From: a virus
Lineage: Duplodnaviria; Caudoviricetes
DNA length: 64,000 nucleotides
Reading direction: 5' to 3' (one strand)
Virus record (IMG/VR): IMGVR_UViG_3300013368_000005
Coordinates: 1-64,000 of that record
Below, in pieces: positions 21,501-32,400 of the stretch. The translations under genes were made by a program, and so were the position numbers. Position 1 is the first letter of the stretch. Every line of letters begins with the position of its first letter. Under the pieces are notes generated by a model. It did not search any database. It saw only the letters and a program-made list of their open reading frames with translations, and was not told the DNA's origin.

Positions 21501-24500
21501 CTTTTTACTTCAGCTTGTGCTGGAATTTGTTCTATATCCACTGGCTCATATAATCCATCTACCAATATATACATTTGACCATTTTCATCTTGAACATATT
21601 CTCCTGTAGGAGGTAATTCAACCTGAGGTTGCTGAACATTTGTTGGCAAAGATTGCTGTTGTTCATCTATTACAGGAGTAGTTGCTATAGAATAATTGTT
21701 ATATGATGAAGGATCATTATATATATTTTGTACAGCAGAGTCACTTACTCCAGAGATTTCTGAACTTATGTCGTATCCTGCAATGCTTCCTGTGGAGACA
21801 GATTCATCTTCTTTTTTACTAAATAAACTAAACTTAGATTTTTTCTTTTCTTGTTGTATCGGAGCCGTATTATTATATGATGTTCCATTAGCTTGATTAG
21901 TGAAATAATCTTCATAATTGTTATAGTCGGTGTTTTGTGAGTCTTTTTTTCCAGTTACACCACCTACTATTTTACCATTAACAATTTTTTGTCCAGCTGC
22001 TAATTGTTTTACATTGGTATCATTTTTAACAGTGATTGGATCTTTAAACCAATTTATTGCACTCTTAGCAACTTCTACTACACCCTCTCCTAATGATGCA
22101 ACTATTTTTCCACTATTTTTAACTAATTCTGGTAATAAATCTGTAATAGCCCATCCTAATGCTGTTCCTAATAATTTTCCGAGTTCAGGTATTAATTTAA
22201 CTACACCATCAATTATATATGGAACAACTGATGACATACCTTCTGTTATTTTTGGTAATATAGATTGGAATGCACCTACTAATGTAGGAAGCCCTTTGTC
22301 AAATACCCATTTTAAACCATCTGTTATAGCTGGCACAACTTTATCAGTTACAAATGGAATTGCGGTGTCATTTATCCATGGTTTAACATGTTCTTCCCAT
22401 GTCTGTCCAAGCATTGGAGTAACATTACCATTTATGAGACCTAATAACTTAGAGCCTAAGAACATCCCTGCTACTAATTTAGCTCCTGTTCCTAAAATAC
22501 TCTTTCCAGAAAAGAAACCTTTTATTCCTCCGCCTACTCCACCTAAGAAGTTTTTTATTTTTCCAAAGAAACCAGTTTCCTCTTCTTCATCTTCATCTTT
22601 CTTTTTAAATTTAGAAAAGAATTTAGCCATAAATCCTGTATTTTCAGCTGATTGTTCAGCAGTCTCTTTTTCAGCATTGGCTTCTTTAATAGCTTGTCTT
22701 GTAGATCTATCAGTCTTATCTACCTCTAAACCGTCTCTGCCTTTCTTTAATTTGATCTCATTACCGAATTTATCTACGATAACTTTAGAAGCTTGTTTAT
22801 CAGGATTAGCAATAACCTCTAAAGATGCATTAGCCATAGATAATAAGTCTACGATTTTATTATGTCTCTTCTCTGTTGCCATTTCTTGACTTTTAGCTAT
22901 TCTTTCTGCTTCGGTTGTAGTATCCATCTTATTTCTGAAATCTTTTTCTTTTCCAAATAATCCTAAATATTTTTTGGCATTGGTTTCATCAAAATCTTTA
23001 AATCCTAATCGTCTAAGTCTTTTAGCTGTATCAGATTTAATTTTTGATACACCTTCTTTACTAGCGTCAACCTGTTCATATTCTTTATATTTTATATCTA
23101 AATAACTAACAAGTTCATCTTGTTGTTCTGCTGTAAGTCCTGATTTTTTACTATAAATATAATCTACAGCAGATTGGTAATCCATGTTTGTTACAGCCTT
23201 CATTACTTTTTTAGCCTTATTATAATGCATGTCCTGAGAAACTCTAGCACCCATGTCATTAGTTAATTCTTTACGTTTATTAGAAAGCTTATCTTTGACA
23301 TTAACAAATTCATCTAACTGTCCATATATTTCATCTATTTGTTCTGGTGATAATCCTTCCATAAAAGAATCCAATTGTCTAAATTTATCCCTACCAAATA
23401 CGCCCATTGAATTTACACCTTTTTTACGTCTAAATTCATTTCTTTCCTTAGCAGACATATAATCAGCATTACCTTCTCTAATTTGTTTTTTTCTATAATG
23501 TGTACCAATGGCACCTACTAATTTAAATGGAGTAGCAGCTACAGCTTTAACTGGGAACATTACAGTTTTAAATATAGTTTTAAATATATTACTTGCTGGT
23601 GTTAGAACTTTATCTTCTAAGAATTTGTGCAATGGTATCCCTAAACTAGATTCAAACATTTTATTTAGGAAACCTCCAATTTTATCAAACATGCCTTTCA
23701 TCATTAATTCTACCTGTTTTTTTAATGGCTCGAATGCTTCTTTTAAAGGTTTAAGCATGTGTTCTTGAACAAAATCAAACACATTATTCTTCATAGTACC
23801 CATGAACTTTTTAAGAGGATCTACGACTACTTTTCTAGCTGCAGGTAAGAACCCACCTTCATATTCACCAGTTTTTTCATTATATTTTCCTAATATCATT
23901 TCTTTAAACTTATCTGTACTTGCTAATAATCCTACTCCAGAACCTAATAATGCATTTCCTAGCAATCCAAATGGACCTGCAATCATAGCAGCAGCTGCTC
24001 CTACTCCCATCTTAGGAAGTGCTTTATTCAGTTTTTGTTTAAATTCAGGTTTAAACAAGCCTTCTTCTCCAAATAAACTTTTTTGAACTGAATCATTATT
24101 CTTAGCAAATGCAACAGCAGAACCTAGCATTAATCCACCAACTGGTCCAAAAGGTATAAATGGTATTAATCCTGATACTCCACCTACTATTCCATAAGTT
24201 TTTAAATCTGGTGCATATTTATCAATAGAACCCATTAGCTTTTTATTAACTAATCCACCTTTACGTCCATCTTCGGTCATTTCTCCAAATAACCAATTTT
24301 GAACCTTCTCACTATTTTTGGCTAAAGATATTCCAGCACCAACAGCAGCTCCTACTAAAGGACCTCCTATAGCACCTGTTAATATAGATACACCACCACC
24401 TAATAACCCAGTTGCTATCATACCAGGAGCATATTGAGATACATTTCCCATTACATCATCTAAAGCTTCTCCAAAGTTTTTCTTTTCCTGAGAAGATGAC

Positions 24501-27500
24501 TTTCCAAATAAAGATTCTTTGGTTATACTAAATGCAGATTTCGTCTCTTCAAGCATCTGTTTGATTAATGGTTGAGTCTCTAAGAATATAGCCTTCTTTA
24601 CAGGGTCTACAGGCATTCCATTATTATCTACTTCACCATAATTTAATTTTTCAGATTCTACTTTACCAATTATTTTATTTAATTGTTCAGGATGAGCAGA
24701 TTTTAATATATTCATAAAATCTTCAGCATTCATATTCCCAAATTCTCTTTGAAGATATTGTGGTGAATTTTTTCTCATACTTCCATATGCAGAACGCAAT
24801 GATTTATCAGCTAAATTTAAATCCTTTTCACCTTTAACTAATTCAGTTAACTCAGTCAAAGCATTTATAAGTTTATCCTTATCCTCTACAGATAATACCA
24901 TTTCACCTTTAGATAAAGATGCTATTTGAGTCTTATCTACAGATTTACCTCCCGTACCTTCAGCATATTTAGGTAGACTTCCAAACATAAAGTTCGCTAT
25001 ATGATTTGATAATTGATTTGAAAGATCTGTATATGCTTGACCTTCAGGATGCTTCATTACATTAGGATTTAATCCGACTATAGGAGTTTTAGAACTTGTC
25101 ATTGAATTAGCAAATAAAAGGTTTCTTATATCATGAATATCACTACTTATTGATTTAAATATATTCGCTGTAGGTAATACAGATTTCATACTTGTTGTAT
25201 TTTCTGCAGAATCTTGTAACAACTTCTTTCTATTTAATTTAGAGCCTCTGAATATATTTGAATATCTTAATCGGGAACTTCTCCGTTCACCCTCACTTTC
25301 ACCAGAAGGTATTGTATTTTCAGATGACATTTTTGAAACAAAGTTACCAGTTACAATATCATTCATAGTTGCTGTAGGAGCTATTGATGCTAATTCAGCT
25401 AAAGTCATATCGTATTCATTTTCTTGTAATAAGAATTGTGGAGCTAACCTTTTTTTATTAGCCATCTTATCTTTTATTTTTCCTACTAAAGGTCCAAAGG
25501 CATCTTTAAACGCATCTTTAATAGTATCTCCAGCCGATTTAAAGGTATTTTTTATTTCTTCATTTATTTTACTAAATATTCCTTTTTCATTCTCATCTCC
25601 AACTAGGAAAGTTTTTAACTTTTTGCTTAATTCATCAACATCTAAACCGAACATACCGAAAAACTTCTTACCTACATCTTTAAAATTTTCTACATTAAGT
25701 TTATCTTTTACAGGATTTAATATAGTTTCATCTAACCAATTGTTAAATTTGCTAAATGTTTGATTTAAATTATATGTCAATGAATCTATAAATCCCATGT
25801 GTTTATTCTCTTCAGGTTTGCCATAAATAGCTTCATACAGTTTTTGATCAACCTTATCAAGTGTTCTAGCAAAGAATTCTACTGGTTTCTTACTTATTTG
25901 ATCCATTTGATCTATAAATACTTTAGTTTTCTCAGATAAATTAGTCGCATTTAATAATTTATCTATTAAACTAACAGATTTATTTTCTTTTTCTTTTAAT
26001 TTAGAATTTATATTTCTAACCTCTAGCATATTGTCTAATGATGATACTACATCATCACTGTCCATATTTGAGTAATCAACATATCCCAGTCTACTTTTTT
26101 CCATCCTAGATTTTTGTTCCCTTAAAAATCTCTCGTTATCTCTTTGATATTGTTCTCTTTGTTTAATATCATTAGTTTTATTATTTGCATTAGAACTCGG
26201 TATTTGAATAGAGTTGAAATCTAATATTTCTCCATTGCCTCCAAACATTATTCCAGCTTGTCTTATATAAGTAAGCTCTTTATACATATTTTGAAGATAG
26301 AAAAATATATTACGCCCTTTATCATCTATCGATTTTAATATAGAATTACTGGATAGACCTGTAACTATTTGATCTTTTTCTTTATTATTGAAGCCAAAAT
26401 TATTAAATAGATGTCTATACATGGAATCAGATTGTTCTATATCTTTTATAGCAGCATCTTCTCTTTCACGTCCTTGCATTATACTAGTATTTATTCCATG
26501 TTTCATATGCCTAGGAGCATTTTTAAACATACCTCTAATATATTGATAATTTTTTGTACTTACTCCATATTTAATTGCTTCAGAAGTCCAGTCATCACTC
26601 TTAGCATTTATATTAAATAACTCCTGGTTATTATATAAGTAAGAGAGAATAGTATCTATATCTTTCTCTAATTCATCCCTATCTTTTTTAGATTCAAAAG
26701 CAATTGCTTTCATATATTCTAGGAACTGATCTTTCATCTCTGAAGTAGAATCTTTGGCAAAGTTATCTCTCATTTTTCTATATTCTTGACTCAGAATGTT
26801 ACTGCTTACGAATTTACCAGATTTATAATCAAATATTTGAGGGGCTTGACCAGATAATAATGAAATTATTTTACTCATTTGCATAGGTAACACTTCAGTT
26901 AAGGCTTTACGAGATATTCCATCCCAATCTACCTTTCCTTTATTATATAATCCAGTATCTGCTTCACCCTTAACATTATTTCTAATTCCTAATATTCTTC
27001 CTATTGCAGACGCAATCATATTATCGTCATTAGCCATAGAATTAAATTTAGTCATTAATGAACCAAAGAACCCATTTATAGATTTATCTAAGTTGGCAGC
27101 TGATTTTTCTATAACCTTAGGTGTAAGTTTATTTATAATGGCATTAGGAATAAACTTTAATGGAGACGATGCAAATGCTAAAAGTAAATTACTATCCTCT
27201 CCAAACATATCGTTCATAGAACTAACTGCACCTAATTCGCCAGATAGATTTCTTTTTACCTGGGTCGCATATTTTTTTATATCAAACCCTCCAAGAGATA
27301 TATCCGAATAAGAAAGTGACTTACTACCTCCACTTTCTTTTTTCTGTTGTTCATTATCATTTTTAGTCATAGACTCAGCTATTTGTCTTAAAAGTGCTAC
27401 TTGATCTTGCTGTAATTTAACTGACTCTTCATAAAATATTTTTGAGTTAGATGCATGAGATTGTATAGTGCTTGTAGAGAATTGTAATAGATTAACTATA

Positions 27501-28087
27501 TTATTATTAATAGAAAATAAATTACTATTAAATTTATTAAATGCTCTTATATTTTGAGTATATAAGATATTCGTATTAGATTTTTGATTTTCTACTATAT
27601 ATTCTCCTGTTTTTACTAATGCCATAGAAACTGCATCAGCTGAAGACCTTGATGATTCGCCTATCATACTTGCTATAGCTTTTTCGCCACTAGTTATATC
27701 AGTATTATCATCAAAACCACCAAAATCTGAGTCACCATCATTAAAATCAGATTCAAAGTCCCAATCGTCTCCATCTAATCCCATAACTTTTCTATCTAAT
27801 TCGTCTTCTCGTTGTTTATTATAGAATTTACCAGATTTTATATCTTCTATAATTGAAGTTTTTAATTGATCCCCAGCTTCATATATTTTAGAACCTGCAA
27901 ATACAGATTTTGCTCTGAGGAATGTTCCTCTATAGTCTCTAATAGAATGATGAACATCTTTAAATAATTCTGCATTGGTTTCTACGAACTCTGCCGTAGA
28001 AGGTGTCATCTTTTTTATTTTATCCACTGCTGAATAGCTTACAGACTTTCCTAAGTTGCTTATATATCCCGCTATATTAGTTGCCAT
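18506..28087 (-). CDS. tape-measure-like protein with C-terminal GH73 glucosaminidase and M23 endopeptidase
   Basis: 3193 aa; tape-measure motif PKYAEG...LSKGEMVL; Gly-rich hydrophobic repeats; AHAAWESGWG..KNNFFGI (GH73); HTGID...GPHLHYE (M23). Confidence 0.8.
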   Translation of the reverse strand: MATNIAGYISNLGKSVSYSAVDKIKKMTPSTAEFVETNAELFKDVHHSIRDYRGTFLRAKSVFAGSKIYEAGDQLKTSIIEDIKSGKFYNKQREDELDRKVMGLDGDDWDFESDFNDGDSDFGGFDDNTDITSGEKAIASMIGESSRSSADAVSMALVKTGEYIVENQKSNTNILYTQNIRAFNKFNSNLFSINNNIVNLLQFSTSTIQSHASNSKIFYEESVKLQQDQVALLRQIAESMTKNDNEQQKKESGGSKSLSYSDISLGGFDIKKYATQVKRNLSGELGAVSSMNDMFGEDSNLLLAFASSPLKFIPNAIINKLTPKVIEKSAANLDKSINGFFGSLMTKFNSMANDDNMIASAIGRILGIRNNVKGEADTGLYNKGKVDWDGISRKALTEVLPMQMSKIISLLSGQAPQIFDYKSGKFVSSNILSQEYRKMRDNFAKDSTSEMKDQFLEYMKAIAFESKKDRDELEKDIDTILSYLYNNQELFNINAKSDDWTSEAIKYGVSTKNYQYIRGMFKNAPRHMKHGINTSIMQGREREDAAIKDIEQSDSMYRHLFNNFGFNNKEKDQIVTGLSSNSILKSIDDKGRNIFFYLQNMYKELTYIRQAGIMFGGNGEILDFNSIQIPSSNANNKTNDIKQREQYQRDNERFLREQKSRMEKSRLGYVDYSNMDSDDVVSSLDNMLEVRNINSKLKEKENKSVSLIDKLLNATNLSEKTKVFIDQMDQISKKPVEFFARTLDKVDQKLYEAIYGKPEENKHMGFIDSLTYNLNQTFSKFNNWLDETILNPVKDKLNVENFKDVGKKFFGMFGLDVDELSKKLKTFLVGDENEKGIFSKINEEIKNTFKSAGDTIKDAFKDAFGPLVGKIKDKMANKKRLAPQFLLQENEYDMTLAELASIAPTATMNDIVTGNFVSKMSSENTIPSGESEGERRSSRLRYSNIFRGSKLNRKKLLQDSAENTTSMKSVLPTANIFKSISSDIHDIRNLLFANSMTSSKTPIVGLNPNVMKHPEGQAYTDLSNQLSNHIANFMFGSLPKYAEGTGGKSVDKTQIASLSKGEMVLSVEDKDKLINALTELTELVKGEKDLNLADKSLRSAYGSMRKNSPQYLQREFGNMNAEDFMNILKSAHPEQLNKIIGKVESEKLNYGEVDNNGMPVDPVKKAIFLETQPLIKQMLEETKSAFSITKESLFGKSSSQEKKNFGEALDDVMGNVSQYAPGMIATGLLGGGVSILTGAIGGPLVGAAVGAGISLAKNSEKVQNWLFGEMTEDGRKGGLVNKKLMGSIDKYAPDLKTYGIVGGVSGLIPFIPFGPVGGLMLGSAVAFAKNNDSVQKSLFGEEGLFKPEFKQKLNKALPKMGVGAAAAMIAGPFGLLGNALLGSGVGLLASTDKFKEMILGKYNEKTGEYEGGFLPAARKVVVDPLKKFMGTMKNNVFDFVQEHMLKPLKEAFEPLKKQVELMMKGMFDKIGGFLNKMFESSLGIPLHKFLEDKVLTPASNIFKTIFKTVMFPVKAVAATPFKLVGAIGTHYRKKQIREGNADYMSAKERNEFRRKKGVNSMGVFGRDKFRQLDSFMEGLSPEQIDEIYGQLDEFVNVKDKLSNKRKELTNDMGARVSQDMHYNKAKKVMKAVTNMDYQSAVDYIYSKKSGLTAEQQDELVSYLDIKYKEYEQVDASKEGVSKIKSDTAKRLRRLGFKDFDETNAKKYLGLFGKEKDFRNKMDTTTEAERIAKSQEMATEKRHNKIVDLLSMANASLEVIANPDKQASKVIVDKFGNEIKLKKGRDGLEVDKTDRSTRQAIKEANAEKETAEQSAENTGFMAKFFSKFKKKDEDEEEETGFFGKIKNFLGGVGGGIKGFFSGKSILGTGAKLVAGMFLGSKLLGLINGNVTPMLGQTWEEHVKPWINDTAIPFVTDKVVPAITDGLKWVFDKGLPTLVGAFQSILPKITEGMSSVVPYIIDGVVKLIPELGKLLGTALGWAITDLLPELVKNSGKIVASLGEGVVEVAKSAINWFKDPITVKNDTNVKQLAAGQKIVNGKIVGGVTGKKDSQNTDYNNYEDYFTNQANGTSYNNTAPIQQEKKKSKFSLFSKKEDESVSTGSIAGYDISSEISGVSDSAVQNIYNDPSSYNNYSIATTPVIDEQQQSLPTNVQQPQVELPPTGEYVQDENGQMYILVDGLYEPVDIEQIPAQAEVKSINSENIAGRVGKGIFRHLITGGKTSAKFLPKLKGGVGLLQGAKNSGKYGLKAARQMIPGLNGSFKPKAFKSLKYTSKSIWSTTKTAGTAITETAEGIGKQYNKIDDVLKIGKRSISDISGGITKKLASNADNIAGKALNAITSDNQLIKAALNTLQGTMEKLLNNATVRSIIGKKADTIIETFIPKLLKEASESLAKAGGKLAAKVGALVSTGGLLNIAFAAADFITGFNDAKTTLGIIEEPTFGQKVCCGLLKALSGLFIVTSFIPESTWANLFFDFILPIFGEEDSNIQKLRDEADKTVSEYNKKNGTDYSVKEYNTEVKGDVGFFKKVSNKVQSVFKGNTPSKSGATTNSKNKSSGYNNSSVKSSSYSNSSRWTNRNYTAESRRQKHGVRGGQYEPINSNVKTAIYSGANYKPKVMSLGMGGSSSIIDGMSSSGNSASGGASQTINKSNIRNYKVTSSLGSSVTADQLNSWIASKPSGNKGLMRGQGAAFIEAGRITGLDPRYIAAHAAWESGWGTSQIVRDKNNFFGIAAFNDSPYSSAKSFSTPRDGIIAGAKWIKENFVDGGQDSLHLMQYGKPGHTYAVDNNGKPSESWISGISSIMMDTPGAGNGNSGKLSASGSYSANGEEGEAGTAEAEKPSIWNFFSDLASAGSNAFNRLFGFENSDESSASVAGVDGGTGSLDTSAAKISDKWYLDTLGATVTSPYADRVDPITGQQAKHTGIDYSAGGILGKDIKSPIAGKVFQNTFEGAGFGNYVAITDNNGADHIFGHMQNRSPLSVGSRVSVGQSVGKVGSTGRSTGPHLHYEIRKNGDWSTRYEPNQYLSKIYKNSSVQTSVNEINQRRNASASSGVDNYGADNRMKQPPRDLLPRDEEYEYHRIETKAGANRIREKDQARIRNNKGGESSSYNNLLMSIIQLLSKLVDNSTSDTASMAQIVSILSGKLGVDVSQQTDKVTKNAKNARSMINIINESTKANGGTLDDSSLLSILNKLAIE

Positions 28088-28140
28088 AATTGTGACCTCC
28101 TTTACTATTTAATTATATTTATGTTAAGGAGACAAAAAAC

Positions 28141-28170
28141 AAAGGTATGAGTATTTAAACTCATACCTTT
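28141..28170 (-). terminator. intrinsic terminator
   Basis: AAAGGTATGAGT-atttaa-ACTCATACCTTT. Confidence 0.75.
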
Positions 28171-28191
28171 ATTAAAAATTTATTATTATAA

Positions 28192-28716
28192 TTATTTAAG
28201 CCATTCTGGGCAAGAACCTATTACTCTAGCACTTGTATGTGCTTTTGTAGTAGTCTCAGCTGGTACATATATACCTTTACCATTATCATCTACTCCAACT
28301 TTTTGAGGATAAGTTCTCTTAGTTTCCTCAACATCTTTTTTAATTAAAGAAATGTTCGAAGTTGCTCTTCCTCCTAATGGAAGCTTTCTTCCTGTTTGAA
28401 GATAAGTATTAACGAATTCTTTACTTACACCTACAAGTGTAACAGCATCTGATTTTTTGAAATCATATTCGTCTGCTAATTTTTGTGCTTCTGCACTTGG
28501 AATTTTTGCTGCTGAAGATATTACATTTCCTACCATTGATCTAATGTCTTCTGCTGGACAATATTCTCCTTCTTTTCCATTCTTGCTGTAAATATCTACT
28601 TTGAATTCTCTGTCGTTTACCATAGCTTTCATTACTGATATTTCATCCTTCTGAGATGAAGATTCCTGTGTTCTGTTCTCGTTTATAGTTTTTACTAACT
28701 CTAATACTTTTTCCAT
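28192..28716 (-). CDS. hypothetical protein, possibly HU-like DNA-binding
   Basis: helical region then beta-arm-like KLPLGG...KRTYPQ...TTKAH; late promoter; functional call weak. Confidence 0.5.
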   Translation of the reverse strand: MEKVLELVKTINENRTQESSSQKDEISVMKAMVNDREFKVDIYSKNGKEGEYCPAEDIRSMVGNVISSAAKIPSAEAQKLADEYDFKKSDAVTLVGVSKEFVNTYLQTGRKLPLGGRATSNISLIKKDVEETKRTYPQKVGVDDNGKGIYVPAETTTKAHTSARVIGSCPEWLK

Positions 28717-28785
28717 TTTTTATTTCCTCCCTTAATTAAGTAAAATATTTATTTTTTATTTATTTGTTATAGTAATAATAATTTA

Positions 28786-28923
28786 TTACTTTAAGAACGA
28801 TACTAATTTAACTGGTTTCGGTTTCTTTCCTTTTTGTTCTATTAAATCGTTTATTTCTTTAGGTTTTAATTGTGTTAAAAACTCTATAAAATTTTGTTTT
28901 TTCTTTTCTTTTTCTAAACTCAA
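28786..28923 (-). CDS. small basic protein (45 aa, TTG start; not in the ORF track)
   Basis: MSLEKEKKKQNFIEFLTQLKPKEINDLIEQKGKKPKPVKLVSFLK; SD AGGAAGGAAGG; own late promoter AACA-TATAAG-TA near 28945-28956. Confidence 0.65.
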   Translation of the reverse strand: MSLEKEKKKQNFIEFLTQLKPKEINDLIEQKGKKPKPVKLVSFLK

Positions 28924-28998
28924 TTATATTCGCCTTCCTTCCTATACTTATATGTTTAGATGTTGTTAAAAAATAATTTCTAGAGTAAGCTAAAATGC

Positions 28999-29304
28999 TT
29001 ACTCTAGATTATCTTCTAATTTAATAGAAAAGTTTCTACTTAAATTTTTAGTATCTTTTATGATTAACATGTTATTAGTTATGGTGATTATAGCACCGTT
29101 TGCTATTTTTGCTACATTCAAATCCTCACCTGGTTTATTATTTTCTATAACAATGGTATTATTTGGATATCTTCTTACTGCTAAATCATTTGGTTTTCCT
29201 ATACATCTTCCAGCTACATAAACATTTTTATTACCTGATAAAAACTGTCTTATATATTTTAAAACTGATGTCATATTTGTTGGATTTGATTGAATATCGA
29301 TCAT
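28999..29304 (-). CDS. hypothetical protein
   Basis: SD AAGGGGG; late promoter AACA-TAGTAG-TA near 29330-29341. Confidence 0.65.
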   Translation of the reverse strand: MIDIQSNPTNMTSVLKYIRQFLSGNKNVYVAGRCIGKPNDLAVRRYPNNTIVIENNKPGEDLNVAKIANGAIITITNNMLIIKDTKNLSRNFSIKLEDNLE

Positions 29305-29413
29305 TATATTATCCCCCTTATAAGTTATTTACTACTATGTTTATTATAAATTGTTTTAAGATTATTTATACTTGTTTAACAATCTATTATTAATATAATA
29401 GGAGGTAGTTACT

Positions 29414-32400
29414 ATGATCTTTTTAGATGAATTAAATTATATGATGCTATATAAAAAGAAATTTCATTTACCGATAAATGAAAAAGATAAAAGAAAAGGA
29501 AGTGCTATATTTCTTTTAACACCAAATTTTGAATCATCAATAAAAATAATAAATAATCCTTTATTAGTAAATAATAGATACTTTGAATCTTACTATATTG
29601 AAAAAAGTGTTACTTATTATATAACTAGTGAAGGATATGTAATAGATGTGTCAGATGCATCTTTTAAAAATGTGCTTAATGAAAATAGATTAATCACAAA
29701 TACAGAATTAATATTGTCTGAAGCTTCCGATGAAGTTTTAAATGATCCTAAGAGATACGTTAGATCTCTAAAGCTTAAAATGAATAGACCTAAATATAAA
29801 TTAAATCAATTGTCTGATAAAGAAAGAAACGATGTTGGAATTACTAAGGATAATTCAGGTAGCCCTAATAATGTTTCTGGTCCTCAAATGCCTAATCCGC
29901 AAATACCCCAACTCCCACCTAAACCTGTAATTACTGAAAATGCGGAATATTTTGGTAGTACTTATAAAGATTATATGATAGAGCAAGATTTTATAAGATA
30001 TAAGATAGATGAAGAAGGAAATTCATTAATGACCGTATTTTCTGAAGGGTCTAACGCAGTATTTAATCAAAAATTACAAAGATTATTATATAAAGAGAGA
30101 TTAAAAACTAATGCAGATGTAATAGAAATATATAATAGGGTTAGAGATCTGTGTCCGTTTATAACTAAAACGTTTATTGATATAAACAAATATAAATCAC
30201 GTAACGTATTTATAGATCTATCTTATTACAATCAGACTTTCTTTAATAATAATATATATAAGAAGGATTTAGCTGTTAATCTATATTTTGAACTTATGGA
30301 TAGATTCATAAGAGATACTAGAATCAGTGATGATATATATAATAAAAAAACAGTATTTGTACCACTATTAGACTGGATTAGTGATTCTAAACAATCTTTA
30401 GATTTTAATTATTCTATTAACCCATTATCTATTATTTATAGATTACTTAGAAAAAACAGTACTGAACTTAAGAAATGGGATGGAATAGATTTCGTATTTT
30501 TAACCGACTATGGATATTTTAAGATAGATTTTGGTAAAATAGATAAAAAAGATATGTTTAAAATAACTTTATTAATAGAAAAAATTCTAAGTAAAGAGCC
30601 TATACAAGATTTAGATAATAATAAAGAATCTACTAAATCTATCATAGCAAATATAGTAAGTAAAATAGAGGATAGTCAAAAAATAAAAGTTGATAATCTT
30701 ACAGGTAAAAGCGGAGAAATAGATAAAGATGAACTTGTTCATAAGATAGAAAAAGCTGCTGCAGTTTCAACAGATACAGATGAAACATTAAATGAGTTAG
30801 ATAATGATGATTATATGAAACGTATAATCGATACTTTAGCTGCTGAAGAGGAAGGTAATATAAAAATTAATGCAGCAAGAGCTAGTAGAATGAATGCATT
30901 GCAACAAGATTTTCTAGGAAAATCTTTAAAAGGTACTACAGTAAGAGATATGATTGATCCAAAAAATTCAGATAAAGAATTACCAGTCACCTCTCTAAAG
31001 ATTGATACTGTAAATGAAGAATGGAAAGATTTAAAATATGTAAACTTCGAAAAAACCTATAATATAGATGAAGATATTATGCTTATATTAAATTCTTTCT
31101 CTAAAAAATCAATGCCATTATCAGTTCGTAATATTAAAGTAGAGGATACCTCCACTTCTGAAGATTTGATTGAAACTTATATAGTAAATATGGAAGACTC
31201 TAATGGACAGAGATTTACTGTTAAATTCGATGTACCTAAATTTAGAGATAATAAATTTATGCTGCTAAGAGGTAATGATAAAACAATAAATGGTCAATCT
31301 ATGTTGTTGCCGATAATTAAAACAGATGAAGATACGGTTCAAATTGTTTCAAACCGTAATAAAATATTTATTAGAAGATTTGGAACAACATCTGGTAAAT
31401 CTTTACCTTCTGTAGATAGAATTATGAAAACATTTAAAAAATATGATGGTAATAAAATAAAAATATCTCTAGGGGATAACACAAAAATCTGTTCTAAATA
31501 TGAACTACCTATAGACTATATAGATCTAGCATCAGTTTATAATAAGATAGAAACTAGTAATACAATATATTACTTTAATCAAGATGAAATTAGGGAAAAA
31601 TATAATAATTATGATAAAACTAAAATACCGATAGGAGTTTTAAAAAATGGAAAACAAGATTTAATATATTTATCAGATTATTCAATATCTCCATTTAGCT
31701 CTACCTTAGCGACAGATCTACGAGTTTCTGATACTAAATTTGCAGATATATACGATAAAACATCTTTATCAACAAGATATACGTATTCTAAGGCAAGTAT
31801 ACTAAATACCCAAATTCCTTTAATAGTAATTATGGGATATAATGAAGGTTTAATAAAAAGTCTAAATAAAGCTAATATTCATTACACAATACAAGAAAAA
31901 CGACCATCTATAAATAAAGATGTATCTGATATGATTAAATTTAAAGATGGATATTTATTATATGATTTAGATTACAATTCAAGTTTATTATTAAATGGAC
32001 TTAAAGAATGTAATACTGAGGATTACTCCATTTCAGAAATTAATAACAAATCAATGTATTTAGATTTCTTGGATCTATTTGGAGGAAGAATATTAGCAGA
32101 TGGTTTGGATAACTTCTGGGATACAATGATAGATCCTATGACAGAAGATGTCTTAAGAAAATATAAACTTCCTACAGATTATATAGAAATTTTAGCTTAT
32201 GCTAATATGCTATTATCAGATAATAAATACTTTAAGCATACTGATTATAGAAGTAAGAGATATCGTTCAAATGAGATAGTTGCTGGTTACTTATATAAGG
32301 CATTAGCGGAGGCTTATGGTGATTATGTAAGAGATGTAAGAAGAGGTAAAAAGGCAACGTTAACAATGAAACAAAGTAAAGTAATTGATAATGTTTTATT

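Noticed and set aside
19175-27311. Plus-strand ORFs (up to 319 aa) inside the tape-measure gene
   Set aside because: Antisense shadows of a codon-biased gene; no SD or recognisable motifs
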